Shown here piece after piece: positions 17,201-24,695 of a stretch of 49,794 nt of DNA. Below the pieces are notes generated by a model. That model had not been told where the DNA came from. It ran no database searches and worked only from the letters and a program-made list of their open reading frames with translations. The translations under genes and the position numbers were made by a program. Source of the DNA: Kiritimatiellales bacterium (lineage in GTDB: Bacteria > Verrucomicrobiota > Kiritimatiellia > UBA8416 > JAIOPI01); contig CAMFEP010000002.1 of the NCBI GenBank assembly GCA_945949405.1, positions 1 through 49,794 on the forward strand. Direction: 5' to 3'. Every line of letters begins with the position of its first letter. The stretch's first letter is position 1.

Positions 17201-18417
17201 CGCCGCTCCTCCTCCGCTGGGAAGTCGCCCTGACCGGCGTGGACACCGGCGTGCTGGCCCGCGCCCGCGCCCAATGCCCGCACGATCCGGAACTGTGGCT
17301 CGCCGAACTGGTCCATGCCGCGCGCACCGAACCGGCGCGCGCCACGAACATGCTCGCGGAGTTGCAGGCCCCCGGCAGCCCGGTGTTCCCCGCCGAAACG
17401 ATCACCCGCGCCGGGGAATATTTGCGCCGCCAGGGCTTGACCAACGCCGGCACCTTGGCCTTGCGAGACGCCACCCGCCGCGCCGCCGGCCTGCTACCGA
17501 TTTATCTGCTGGGTTTGCGCTGCGCCATGGCCGACGGCGATCGTGATTGGGCCACCACCTGCACACGCCTCGCCATCGCCAGCGCCTTGCGCCCGCCCAC
17601 CACCCTCTATCGCAAGATGGTCGATCTCAAAACCGCCAACGGCGAGCCCGAGGCAGATTTTGACATGGTCGAAGCGCTCAAAAATCTGCGCCAGAATGAA
17701 CCCGACAATCTTCTCTGGGCCCAAATGCTCGGCTATGTGCGCTTCAAACGCGGCGGCTGGGAAGTGCTCGATGCGTATTCCCAGATGGACGCGGCGCTTA
17801 CCCGCGGTGCCACCAACAAACTCACCTTCATCATCGCCGCCGAATCCGCGCGCCTGCTCGAAAACCACCTCCGTGCCACGGAAATTTTGCGTCAGGGTCT
17901 GGAGTGGTATCCCGGCGATCGCGTCCTGCTGAACAACCTGGCCTACGGCTTGAGCCACATGCCCGACGGCCAGACCGAAGCCGGGGCCCTCGTGCCGCAA
18001 CTGCTGGCCCTGGACAAGGACGACCCGCAAATCCTCGACACCGTGGCCGGCATTTATGTGGCGGCAGGAAAAACACAGGAAGCACGCGACATCATCGAGC
18101 GCCTCCTGGCCCATACCAAAACCGGTGAACCGCTCTGGTTCCGCGCGCGCCTGCACGACGCCGCGCTGCTCGCCGCAACCAATAACATGGCGGGCGCGCT
18201 GGGTCTTCTGGATGACGCACTCGCGCACACCACCGACCTGCCGGACGAGGACGTGATGATCGCCAATCGCCTCCAGGCGCAATGGGAAAACCGGCGCCTG
18301 GAAGCGGAAGCCGCCGCCCGGCCTCCCCCCGCACCGGATGTGCTCACGCCCACACAAACGGTGGAAGCTCTGGCGACCGAAGACCTCTGGCCCATCCCGC
18401 CGGAGGCTGCGCCCTGA
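14239..18417 (+). CDS. Exosortase-family transpeptidase fused to a roughly 1,100-aa TPR-like repeat region
   Basis: The N-terminal ~290 aa are polytopic and carry the exosortase Cys/Arg/His contexts VPTWCSGMR, LLNILRIATM and YLHDTAGL. The rest is helical-repeat sequence with clear TPR-like units (e.g. LNNLAYGL...DPQILDTVAGIYVAAGKTQEARDIIERLL). Confidence 0.8.
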   Translation: MSARDPSLPARRKLPPSRLAVLCVALGLFGLWLALHLNQLTATQDGWIRFVLTFAFCLLLMFRPKPGHALPSTFPSAHASVLVAIPGTALVLMGLIMGVQQSEWIGILLILWGCLRWSLPAGHRPDTTLALLLLYWAHPIPGQIFGPLQLAMQHLSVRGTEWLLLGLDVRVWADGLVLRTGFSTYEVPTWCSGMRTATTVFLLGWGLALLNRFRLWECALTVLAALFQALLLNILRIATMVVCVPRLFDMSQIEYLHDTAGLIVLAAVFLVYLEINLWRRWRQSLNAPHADGYLDHQIEHPPDWWHLRRSRWAVISVVLFVGWLTLTLYRNGPQNRLAVLKDVATASHDSDDHEEALHLAQTVLIHDPADTEWHLKSIRLLLTLRRYNEVLTETVRVRPLDETQIHERDVLRAYALMALERLDEAAAIVQILPDEIRRANPRVAMILAVMAFRRDDPDGVADNIKLAARWKPNMDRVRLMYPYLRKHRKWQAIADTDSPEPHRKPESIFSAIEAYMNLDQAPKVARLTLRAVATWPGDPRVLEPLFYMASKRPGSDWEARFREQLRLCADGLRSPDAIYPLFDKCFELGRPDLAWYLYRRIHALDPTHPTLPLSLARFGNQWFAFRRRSLGIPSPTPMNTIDLSSAYQAGRLFPEWRSLLDWIPEGNAMAAPVPQSMAARQRFLDAALREFETRAAQSTLTPPMRYLYARALELAGRRMESRTALRQIATDAPDESRTVDLALSEMYERAGDWQNVYETLRTAMADVNTGLTPLLRFGRATVNLRLNVAALHTACEIHRRYPRSAQADALLASALLQTGAPDEALSLIDQPRPRHIRELDLLRAQALFVTQRFTEADAFCHAVLLAHPPVHADTPQRFVLPPAELSHLWHQAYVPSAPQFEKNADVLRQNLAASTNPFLKSMMTAWLACYAARGASNTTSLANWEQTGRDPLERAVALNQLTLLLCRFGRLADARDAAVRASELLPESPLLLRWEVALTGVDTGVLARARAQCPHDPELWLAELVHAARTEPARATNMLAELQAPGSPVFPAETITRAGEYLRRQGLTNAGTLALRDATRRAAGLLPIYLLGLRCAMADGDRDWATTCTRLAIASALRPPTTLYRKMVDLKTANGEPEADFDMVEALKNLRQNEPDNLLWAQMLGYVRFKRGGWEVLDAYSQMDAALTRGATNKLTFIIAAESARLLENHLRATEILRQGLEWYPGDRVLLNNLAYGLSHMPDGQTEAGALVPQLLALDKDDPQILDTVAGIYVAAGKTQEARDIIERLLAHTKTGEPLWFRARLHDAALLAATNNMAGALGLLDDALAHTTDLPDEDVMIANRLQAQWENRRLEAEAAARPPPAPDVLTPTQTVEALATEDLWPIPPEAAP

Positions 18418-18424
18418 CGGGCGC

Positions 18425-18470
18425 ACTACAAACGGTTTACCCAGTTTGTAGTCACGCCGTCAGGCGTGAT
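18425..18470. terminator. Two hairpins in the convergent exosortase / PEP-CTERM gap (no U-tract)
   Basis: ACTACAAAC (18425..18433) pairs with GTTTGTAGT (18445..18453). TCACGCC-GTCA-GGCGTGA (18452..18469) is the family E subtype. The position between two convergent stops suggests a terminator role, but neither strand has a T-run. Confidence 0.35.
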
Positions 18471-18487
18471 CCCGGTCTGGCGCAGCG

Positions 18488-19219
18488 CTATTTTGCGCTT
18501 TCTGCGCCTTTTTGCGGAAAATCCAATCGCCTGCGCCTCCGATTGAAAAAGGCGCCCAGCAACACCGAAGACAACAACGCCAGCTGCCCCGGCTCGGGCA
18601 CGAGCAACCGAAAATTGTCCAGGCCATAGATTTCCACACCCGCATCCTCACGGAAAATGTAAATGCCGATCCAGTCGATCGCCGCCAGATCGGCCAGAAA
18701 CTGCTCCTCGTCATCGTCGAATCCCGGCAACGGCCCCCAGGCATCCGAAAACGCCAGGGACACCTCGATCGTCTGCCACGACTGCGTCTGCGTGATCAGG
18801 CTCGTCACGTCATAGGACCAGACATTGCCATTCGTGGAGCCAAATTGCAGTTGTACGTTCTGCGGCAGCGCATTCGATGCCCAAAAGTCGAACCCCACGC
18901 ACATCCCAGGCGTCCAGTTGCCGGCAAAAAAATCGTTGGCGTCGGTGTAGATGATCTCCTCCCACTCGACCACGCCAATTTCCGGCTCGGTCGTGGGGGG
19001 AAAAACAATGGGCATCCAGCCGTTCGGATTGCCGCCCGTGGTGTCCCAGCCGAGCGACACGTCGTTATACATCGACGTCCAGGCATGGGGATGGTTGTCC
19101 CATGTGTGCTCATGCACAACGGCCGCCGCTGCGGAACGGACCATCACGCAAAGCAAGCCCAGCGCCAACAGCACCGGCGGCCTGCACGCAAACATGCGTA
19201 GGGTCTTCGCAAACATCAT
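18488..19219 (-). CDS. PEP-CTERM sorting-domain protein (jelly-roll-like ectodomain)
   Basis: The C-terminus VPEPGQLALLSSVLLGAFFNRRRRR gives a PEP motif, a TM helix and an Arg cluster (about 18527..18601). Signal-like N-terminus. ATG 19219 overlaps the upstream gene's TGA as ATGA; the ORF extends to 19231. Confidence 0.8.
   Translation of the reverse strand: MMFAKTLRMFACRPPVLLALGLLCVMVRSAAAAVVHEHTWDNHPHAWTSMYNDVSLGWDTTGGNPNGWMPIVFPPTTEPEIGVVEWEEIIYTDANDFFAGNWTPGMCVGFDFWASNALPQNVQLQFGSTNGNVWSYDVTSLITQTQSWQTIEVSLAFSDAWGPLPGFDDDEEQFLADLAAIDWIGIYIFREDAGVEIYGLDNFRLLVPEPGQLALLSSVLLGAFFNRRRRRLDFPQKGAESAK
18489..18535. repeat. Dispersed repeat family F (copy 2), forming the 3' end of the PEP-CTERM gene
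   Basis: TATTTTGCGCTTTCTGCGCCTTTTTGCGGAAAATCC resembles 7321..7366. On the minus strand it encodes ...RRLDFPQKGAESAK-stop. Confidence 0.55.
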
Positions 19220-20325
19220 GGCGGCGTCCATTCAAAATCCGCGCCGCCCCATTGGTTGGCCCGGTGGCGATAGTAATAGCCTGCGCCCGGCTCCAGCGCA
19301 AAATCCGCAAAGTCCGCCGCCTTGTTATCCCACCACCGGCCGTCCCACTTGGCGCCCACATGATCCATGAGCCAGTAGTACCCCTTCCACTCGTTGTTTT
19401 CCCAAACCCAAATCTGATCCCCGTTCTCATCGGCACGCCGGTGATCGCTCGTCTTGCCGCCGGATCCAACCACTGCAAAGCCAAGCGGATCCAATGGCGA
19501 AGGCGCAACGCGCTGCGCCACATCGGCACGGCGGTGCTGCAACGGACGGCTCGCGGGCAAACCGAACGGCGTTCCACGCTTCTCATCCAGCCGGATCGTC
19601 ACCGCCCCATAGGGCCGCGCATAGGTCCGCCCCCAAAAAGCGCCACGCACGCCCTGTTTCGCCGCGGCCGCGCCGCGCTGAATCCAAAATCCCTGCCCCG
19701 GCGCAATCGCATCTTCCGCCGCGGCATTCGCCTCCACATTCCACCACCGCGCCACGCCATCCGGCCCTTCCATCCAATACACCGCGCGCCACGCCCCCTC
19801 GCCGGTCGCAAGTTCCAACCGGTCCGCATCATTGGTGGAAGCCCCCGCGTGAAGCCCCAACCCGAGTTGCCGCCCCAGCAGCCGGTCGAGGCGATTTTCA
19901 GCGCCCAGCGCCACGGGCACGGAAACCAGATAGCGCTGCCCGGCCTCGCGCGGCTGCACGAACATTGCCCACTCGTCCGTGCTCTTCCACGCCGAGGCGC
20001 CGGTCTGCACCTGCACCCGGTAATAGCGCACCCCCGGCGCCGCCGCCGCACCGGCATCCACCCAGCTCAGCGTCGTGTCAAATTCACCAGTGACCACCGC
20101 CACCGGCCGCGCCTCCATGTCCGCTGCCGTGCTCACCAGAATCGTGGCCCGCACCGGTACACGAAAAGCAAGATCGAGCCGCACGTCCGCCCCGCCCGCC
20201 AGATCCAGCCCGGCAATCTGCACGGGCGGTTCCTGGGCATACTGCGTCTGCAGCGACACCACCTGGCATGCCGTACACGCCGCAAGGGCCAGCGCGCCGG
20301 ACAACATCACGATATATCGCTGCAC
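19216..20325 (-). CDS. Predicted lipoprotein of unknown function, paralogous to the C-terminal third of 21313..24078
   Basis: GTG start 1 nt after the upstream stop. MQRYIVMLSGALALAAC contains a lipobox (LAAC). Residues ~35-369 align by eye with residues ~569-921 of the 921-aa protein (EWAMF, WVWxNNEW, YYWLMDH, FALEPG, WGGA). Confidence 0.7.
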   Translation of the reverse strand: MQRYIVMLSGALALAACTACQVVSLQTQYAQEPPVQIAGLDLAGGADVRLDLAFRVPVRATILVSTAADMEARPVAVVTGEFDTTLSWVDAGAAAAPGVRYYRVQVQTGASAWKSTDEWAMFVQPREAGQRYLVSVPVALGAENRLDRLLGRQLGLGLHAGASTNDADRLELATGEGAWRAVYWMEGPDGVARWWNVEANAAAEDAIAPGQGFWIQRGAAAAKQGVRGAFWGRTYARPYGAVTIRLDEKRGTPFGLPASRPLQHRRADVAQRVAPSPLDPLGFAVVGSGGKTSDHRRADENGDQIWVWENNEWKGYYWLMDHVGAKWDGRWWDNKAADFADFALEPGAGYYYRHRANQWGGADFEWTPP

Positions 20326-20326
20326 C

Positions 20327-21295
20327 CTATGGCTCCTCTACTTCGATGATGTAAAAAGCCGCCGCCTCATTGGTCGCCACGGGAGCAAGATACTCGGTGA
20401 CCGGCGGCGTCGAGGGCACGCCCGCGTCCACCGGATTCAAGTCGCCGTCCACCAGATCCAGCGTGCGCCAGACCGCGTATGTGCGGTTGGAAATCGAATT
20501 CCAGCGCAGCACCACGCCCTCCACCGGTGCGCCCGGTGGCGTGGCGTCCCGCTCAATCTCCACGGTGAAGACCGAGTTCACATCGCGCGGATCGGTCCCC
20601 GCACGAAATTCCGCATAATTGATCATCCCGTCGCCGTCTTCATCCCCGCCCGCATCCGCCGGGTTGTCCGGGTTGAGCGCGTAGCCCGATTCCCAATCGT
20701 CAGGCATGCCGTCCGCGTCGCGATCGCCCGGCGGAATGGCGAGCCCCTGCAGTGTAAAATCGTCGAGGGCGTAATGCTGCTCGGCGGGATGGCCATGCCG
20801 GCGTACATAGACCGAGACGCGGCTGGCATGCAGCAGGTCGAAGGCGAATGCCTCCGCGCTGCCCTCCGGCCCCATGAACCAGCCGGGACCGTAGGCCATC
20901 GGAATCGCGTAGGGTTGCCACGCCCCCACCGTCGGTGCGGTGAGATTCAATTGCCAGATGTGGTTGTTCGTCCGCGAATGAAACACCACGCGCAGCGCGC
21001 TCGGATACATGGTGACCGCCTGGAACTGGAATTGCAGATTCGTGAGCAACACCGAACCAGGCAACTCAACCCAGGCACGATCCTCCACCAGCGCCGGGAC
21101 CGATTGCGCGTTGAACTTGAAATCCAGATACCCGCCCGGATTGCTCAACGACGCCCCCGCCGTATCATTCGACCACCCCGCCGTCCCCGGCCCCGCCCAC
21201 GACTCCATGGACTCCGTCGCCCGCGCCTGGTTCCCCAGCGCGACCAGCAACAGACCCGCGAGTACCGTAGCCCTGCGATGTGCAGCGTTTTTCAT
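20327..21295 (-). CDS. Secreted jelly-roll protein with TSP3-like Ca-binding linker and C-terminal beta-module
   Basis: Signal peptide MKNAAHRRATVLAGLLLVALGNQARA (ATG 21295; the ORF extends to a GTG at 21355). The ectodomain resembles that of the PEP-CTERM protein (LQFQF, ...YALDDFTLQG versus YGLDNFRLL). Then DRDADGMPDDWE...DEDGDGMINYAEFRAGTDP and a module ending FYIIEV. Confidence 0.7.
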   Translation of the reverse strand: MKNAAHRRATVLAGLLLVALGNQARATESMESWAGPGTAGWSNDTAGASLSNPGGYLDFKFNAQSVPALVEDRAWVELPGSVLLTNLQFQFQAVTMYPSALRVVFHSRTNNHIWQLNLTAPTVGAWQPYAIPMAYGPGWFMGPEGSAEAFAFDLLHASRVSVYVRRHGHPAEQHYALDDFTLQGLAIPPGDRDADGMPDDWESGYALNPDNPADAGGDEDGDGMINYAEFRAGTDPRDVNSVFTVEIERDATPPGAPVEGVVLRWNSISNRTYAVWRTLDLVDGDLNPVDAGVPSTPPVTEYLAPVATNEAAAFYIIEVEEP

Positions 21296-21312
21296 GCGTC
21301 GTCCCACAATAT

Positions 21313-24078
21313 TCAATTCTGTACCGGCGTAAAGCTGAAGTTCGCCCCGCCCCACAAATTAGTCACATGCTTGTAGTAATAGGCCTTGCCCGGTTCGAGC
21401 GCGAAGTTCGCGTAGTCTGGCACGAACCGGTCCCACCAGCGCAGGTTGCGCGTGCTGCTGATGTGATCCATGAGCCAGTAATACCGGTACCACTCGTTGT
21501 TGCCCCAGACCCAGAGCTCGTCACCTTTATAGAGCGCCGACGCCGTCGCCCCGTTGCTGATGCCGCCCGTGGCCAGCGCCTCGAAGCCCAGTGGCGACGC
21601 CGTGGTGAGCGTTCCCTGATTGCGCTGCCAGCGCGCCTTCGGCAATGGCCAGCCCATTACATTCCAGTTGCCGTCGTTTGTGGTCAGCGCGATCGAGGCC
21701 ACCGTGCCATCCGTCCAGGTCCTGCCCGTGAACACCGTGTTGGCGCGCAGCACCACCCCCGTGCCTCGCACCACCCAGAAGCCCAGGCCCACCGGCACCG
21801 TGAACGTCGCCGGCGCCGCCAGGTCCGCGTCATACCAGAAGCGCGTGCCGCTGCCGTTGGTCACGAAGTAGAACTGCTTCCACGTCTTGTCCGCCTGCAA
21901 ATACTCCACACGATCGGCCTGCGAAAGCGTCGCATCCGGATGCAGCCCGCGCCCCAGCTCCAGCCCCAGGCGGTCGCTGATGTTGTTCGAACTGCTCGTG
22001 CCGTAGTTGATCGGCACGCAGATCAGGAAGGAGTTGGTCTTGGATCGCGCCTGCGCGAACATCGCCCACTCCTCCGTGTTCGTATAGGCCCCGCCCGCAT
22101 AGGTCACCGATACGTTGTAAAAACGCGAACTGTAGAGCGCCGCGGCATTCGTATCCGTCCAGGAGTTCACGCCCGTCAGCCCGTCGAGTACGGCCGTCTG
22201 TGCCGTGCGCGCGTTGGTGATGTCGTTCGCCGCCACGGTGACGCGGTAATTGCGCACCGGCAGATCGCCCACCGTGCCAAAGGTCGTCGGGCCGTTGTTC
22301 GTGCCGCCGCCCCACCAGATCTGCACGTTTGAATTGGTCTCATAGTTGAGGTCGACATTGGCAATCTTCATCATCGAGTTGCTGCTGTTGGGATCGGTTC
22401 CCGCCATGAACTCCCGCGTGTTGGAAACGCCGTCGCCATCCGCATCCGCATTGGCATTGTTGCCCACCCCGCCCAGATACTGGATCTCCCAGCGGTCCGA
22501 AAGTCCGTTGCCGTCCCGGTCCACCGCCACGGGCATCGTCGAGGCAATGCCGAAACTGTCCACATACAATGCCCGGTTCGTGGTCAAATGCGTGGCGAGC
22601 GTGACGACATTCGTGGCGTATGGCGCCCAGGCCGTACCGTACACATTGCTCGCGAAGGTTCGGTAAAAATACCGCTGGCCGTGGGTCAGGTTCGTTAGCG
22701 TCGTGGTCAACAGCCCCCACCGGTTGGTGCCCAGCGCCCGGTGATAGGTCCAGGTTTGCTCATTAGTCCCGCCATCGTACAACCCGTAGTGCATGATGAT
22801 GGTCGGGTAGGGATAACCCCCGCGCACATGCGCCTTCACCGTGGCCTGGGTGGAGGACACGCTCACGTAGCCGCTATACACGCTCGTCGAGGGTGCATTC
22901 GTCGCCGGCACCGGCACCGCGCTCAATAGAAGGTCGTCCAGGTAATAGGAATCGCCCGTGTTGTTGGCCGCGCTTTCATCGAAGCGCACCCGCACCGCCA
23001 CCTGCGTCTGCGTCAGCCCCAGCGTGACCTCATAGGGATTGGGCGTGACCGTCGCCGGATTAAGCAGGTTTGTCGCCCCAAACTCCACGTCCGCATTGCC
23101 GAAACCATCCACCAGCTTGACGCTGCCCGCGCCCGCCCAGCTCCCCCCGTTGTCGTATGACAGATCCAGGTGGAAGTCGTCGTCGATTTCCGGATTGTCT
23201 GCCGCAAACGCCAACTCCAGCTCTACCGCTTCCACATCCCCCACCACGTTGGTCAGAAGATTCGTCAGCACGACGTTGTCGAAAATCACGCTGGGATCCG
23301 CGGTTCCCGCCACCGAACCCGTCAGCGTCAACGACCGGGCGCCCGTCCATTGCTTGCCTGTGGAACGCGTAATGGACCCCGCACCCGCATTCGTCGCGTG
23401 GTTCCAGTTGTCCGAGTGCGCCCCATCGAATCCGTGCGCCCGCAGCATCCGCCGCCCATCGTCCACCGTCACCGTGCCGTTGAGCACCACGTTGTCCAGG
23501 CGCCAGGTCCCCGACAGACTCAAGGCGTTGGTCGCATACACCCGGACGTACACCGTGCCTGCCAGATCCAGCGGATACAGATCGGCCGCGCTCTCGCTGT
23601 GCCATGTGTTGGAACCGCCAGCCGCCGCCGCGCCCATGGTATAGTAGGTCACGTTGTCCGGACTGTAGCGCACGACCCAGTAGGAGGGCCCCTCCGTCGA
23701 CAACTGATGATCAAAATCCAGACTGTCGAGATCGAGCAGGAACCCCGCCCCCACCGTCACCGAGAACGCAAAGTAGCCCCCCAGCGTCGCGTTCGTCGGC
23801 CACTGCGTCGAGCGGAAAGACTGCCCCGGATTGCCTACGAGGAAGTTCGTCGTCCCGCCCCCCACGTAAACCAAATTCGACGCCGTCACCAGCGCGTATA
23901 CGTTGGTCGGCACCAGGTTCGTGGCGTCAAAGTCGTAGCGCACCAGCTCGGTGGCCCGCGCGAACTGCGCCGCGCACAGCATGGCTATGGCCGCCAAAAG
24001 TGCACACACGCGCCGGCCCCTTCCACTCCCACTGGAGGGCGAGGCTGTGCCGAGCCGCATGTTTAACCCTGGCTTCAT
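21313..24078 (-). CDS. Large secreted multidomain protein (jelly-roll modules, FN3-like, TSP3-like linker, unknown C-terminal domain)
   Basis: 921 aa. Signal-like RRVCALLAAIAMLCAAQFARA. Modules end TWRLDNVVLNG and SYYLDDLLLS. DRDGNGLSDRWE...DADGDGVSNTREFMAGTDP linker. The C-terminal ~350 aa are paralogous to 19216..20325. ATG 24078 lies 1 nt after the upstream stop. Confidence 0.75.
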   Translation of the reverse strand: MKPGLNMRLGTASPSSGSGRGRRVCALLAAIAMLCAAQFARATELVRYDFDATNLVPTNVYALVTASNLVYVGGGTTNFLVGNPGQSFRSTQWPTNATLGGYFAFSVTVGAGFLLDLDSLDFDHQLSTEGPSYWVVRYSPDNVTYYTMGAAAAGGSNTWHSESAADLYPLDLAGTVYVRVYATNALSLSGTWRLDNVVLNGTVTVDDGRRMLRAHGFDGAHSDNWNHATNAGAGSITRSTGKQWTGARSLTLTGSVAGTADPSVIFDNVVLTNLLTNVVGDVEAVELELAFAADNPEIDDDFHLDLSYDNGGSWAGAGSVKLVDGFGNADVEFGATNLLNPATVTPNPYEVTLGLTQTQVAVRVRFDESAANNTGDSYYLDDLLLSAVPVPATNAPSTSVYSGYVSVSSTQATVKAHVRGGYPYPTIIMHYGLYDGGTNEQTWTYHRALGTNRWGLLTTTLTNLTHGQRYFYRTFASNVYGTAWAPYATNVVTLATHLTTNRALYVDSFGIASTMPVAVDRDGNGLSDRWEIQYLGGVGNNANADADGDGVSNTREFMAGTDPNSSNSMMKIANVDLNYETNSNVQIWWGGGTNNGPTTFGTVGDLPVRNYRVTVAANDITNARTAQTAVLDGLTGVNSWTDTNAAALYSSRFYNVSVTYAGGAYTNTEEWAMFAQARSKTNSFLICVPINYGTSSSNNISDRLGLELGRGLHPDATLSQADRVEYLQADKTWKQFYFVTNGSGTRFWYDADLAAPATFTVPVGLGFWVVRGTGVVLRANTVFTGRTWTDGTVASIALTTNDGNWNVMGWPLPKARWQRNQGTLTTASPLGFEALATGGISNGATASALYKGDELWVWGNNEWYRYYWLMDHISSTRNLRWWDRFVPDYANFALEPGKAYYYKHVTNLWGGANFSFTPVQN
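24032..24058. repeat. Dispersed repeat family C (copy 2), inside the 5' end of the 921-aa gene
   Basis: CTGGAGGGCGAGGCTGTGCCGAGCCGC differs from 656..682 by one mismatch. On the minus strand it encodes RLGTASPSS of the N-terminal region. Confidence 0.75.
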
Positions 24079-24079
24079 G

Positions 24080-24679
24080 TCAATTCTTCACCCGGAACGC
24101 TTGAAAATAGGAGTTCGTCGAAATCGACGCGAACGGCACATTGGTGATCACCGACGTCAGCAGCCGGTTGGGCACGTCGTCCGCCGTGAACAGGGACCAC
24201 CGGCTGGCCTTGTAATCCAGATTCACCGTGAAGCGCTGCCAGGTGTTGGACGGCACCGTGGTACTCAACGTCAGCCAGGTATCGTTGCTCAACACACGCA
24301 GCGCCCCCGCGGTATCGATATAAAAGGCCGCCGCCACGCTGCCCGTGATCACCGGCGGCGTGTTGTTCGTGGAATACGGCTGCCGCGCGTAAAAATCAAT
24401 CCACACGTTGGTGATCGTCGCATCGTTGAATTCGTTCCACATCACGGCATTCGTCGCCACAATCGCGGCCTTGGCCCCGGCGAACTTGACCGCCGCCTGC
24501 ACCTGCACATCCTGGTTGCGCAGCGTCTCCCATTCATTGAGGGAAATCAGCGCGCCGGAGGACAGATTGTCGAAGCTTTCCATGAACGGTACGTCGCCGG
24601 CGCGCACGGCACCGGCGCCCAGCGCCAGCGCCAGCAGCGCCGCCGCCAGCCCTCGAAGTCTGTATCCCGTTTCCTTCAT
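24080..24679 (-). CDS. Secreted hypothetical protein (LamG/ConA-like jelly roll suspected)
   Basis: Signal peptide MKETGYRLRGLAAALLALALGAGAVRA. ATG 24679 has GGGAG 7 nt upstream and lies 16 nt after the giant gene's stop; the ORF extends to 24718. The fold assignment rests only on the beta-rich pattern (WQRFTVNLDY..RWSLF). Confidence 0.6.
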   Translation of the reverse strand: MKETGYRLRGLAAALLALALGAGAVRAGDVPFMESFDNLSSGALISLNEWETLRNQDVQVQAAVKFAGAKAAIVATNAVMWNEFNDATITNVWIDFYARQPYSTNNTPPVITGSVAAAFYIDTAGALRVLSNDTWLTLSTTVPSNTWQRFTVNLDYKASRWSLFTADDVPNRLLTSVITNVPFASISTNSYFQAFRVKN

Positions 24680-24695
24680 CTTGCGCTCCCGCGTC

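Noticed and set aside
14506-17316. Minus-strand ORFs 14506..15699 and 15730..17316 inside the exosortase-TPR gene
   Set aside because: They are antisense to a coherent 1392-aa ORF with recognisable exosortase motifs. They have low-complexity Gly/Ala/Glu composition.
19102-22332. Plus-strand ORFs 19102..20349, 20075..21376 and 21280..22332
   Set aside because: They are antisense to the secreted-protein genes, which have signal peptides and mutually supporting paralogy. Their Arg/Pro/His-rich composition marks them as artefacts.
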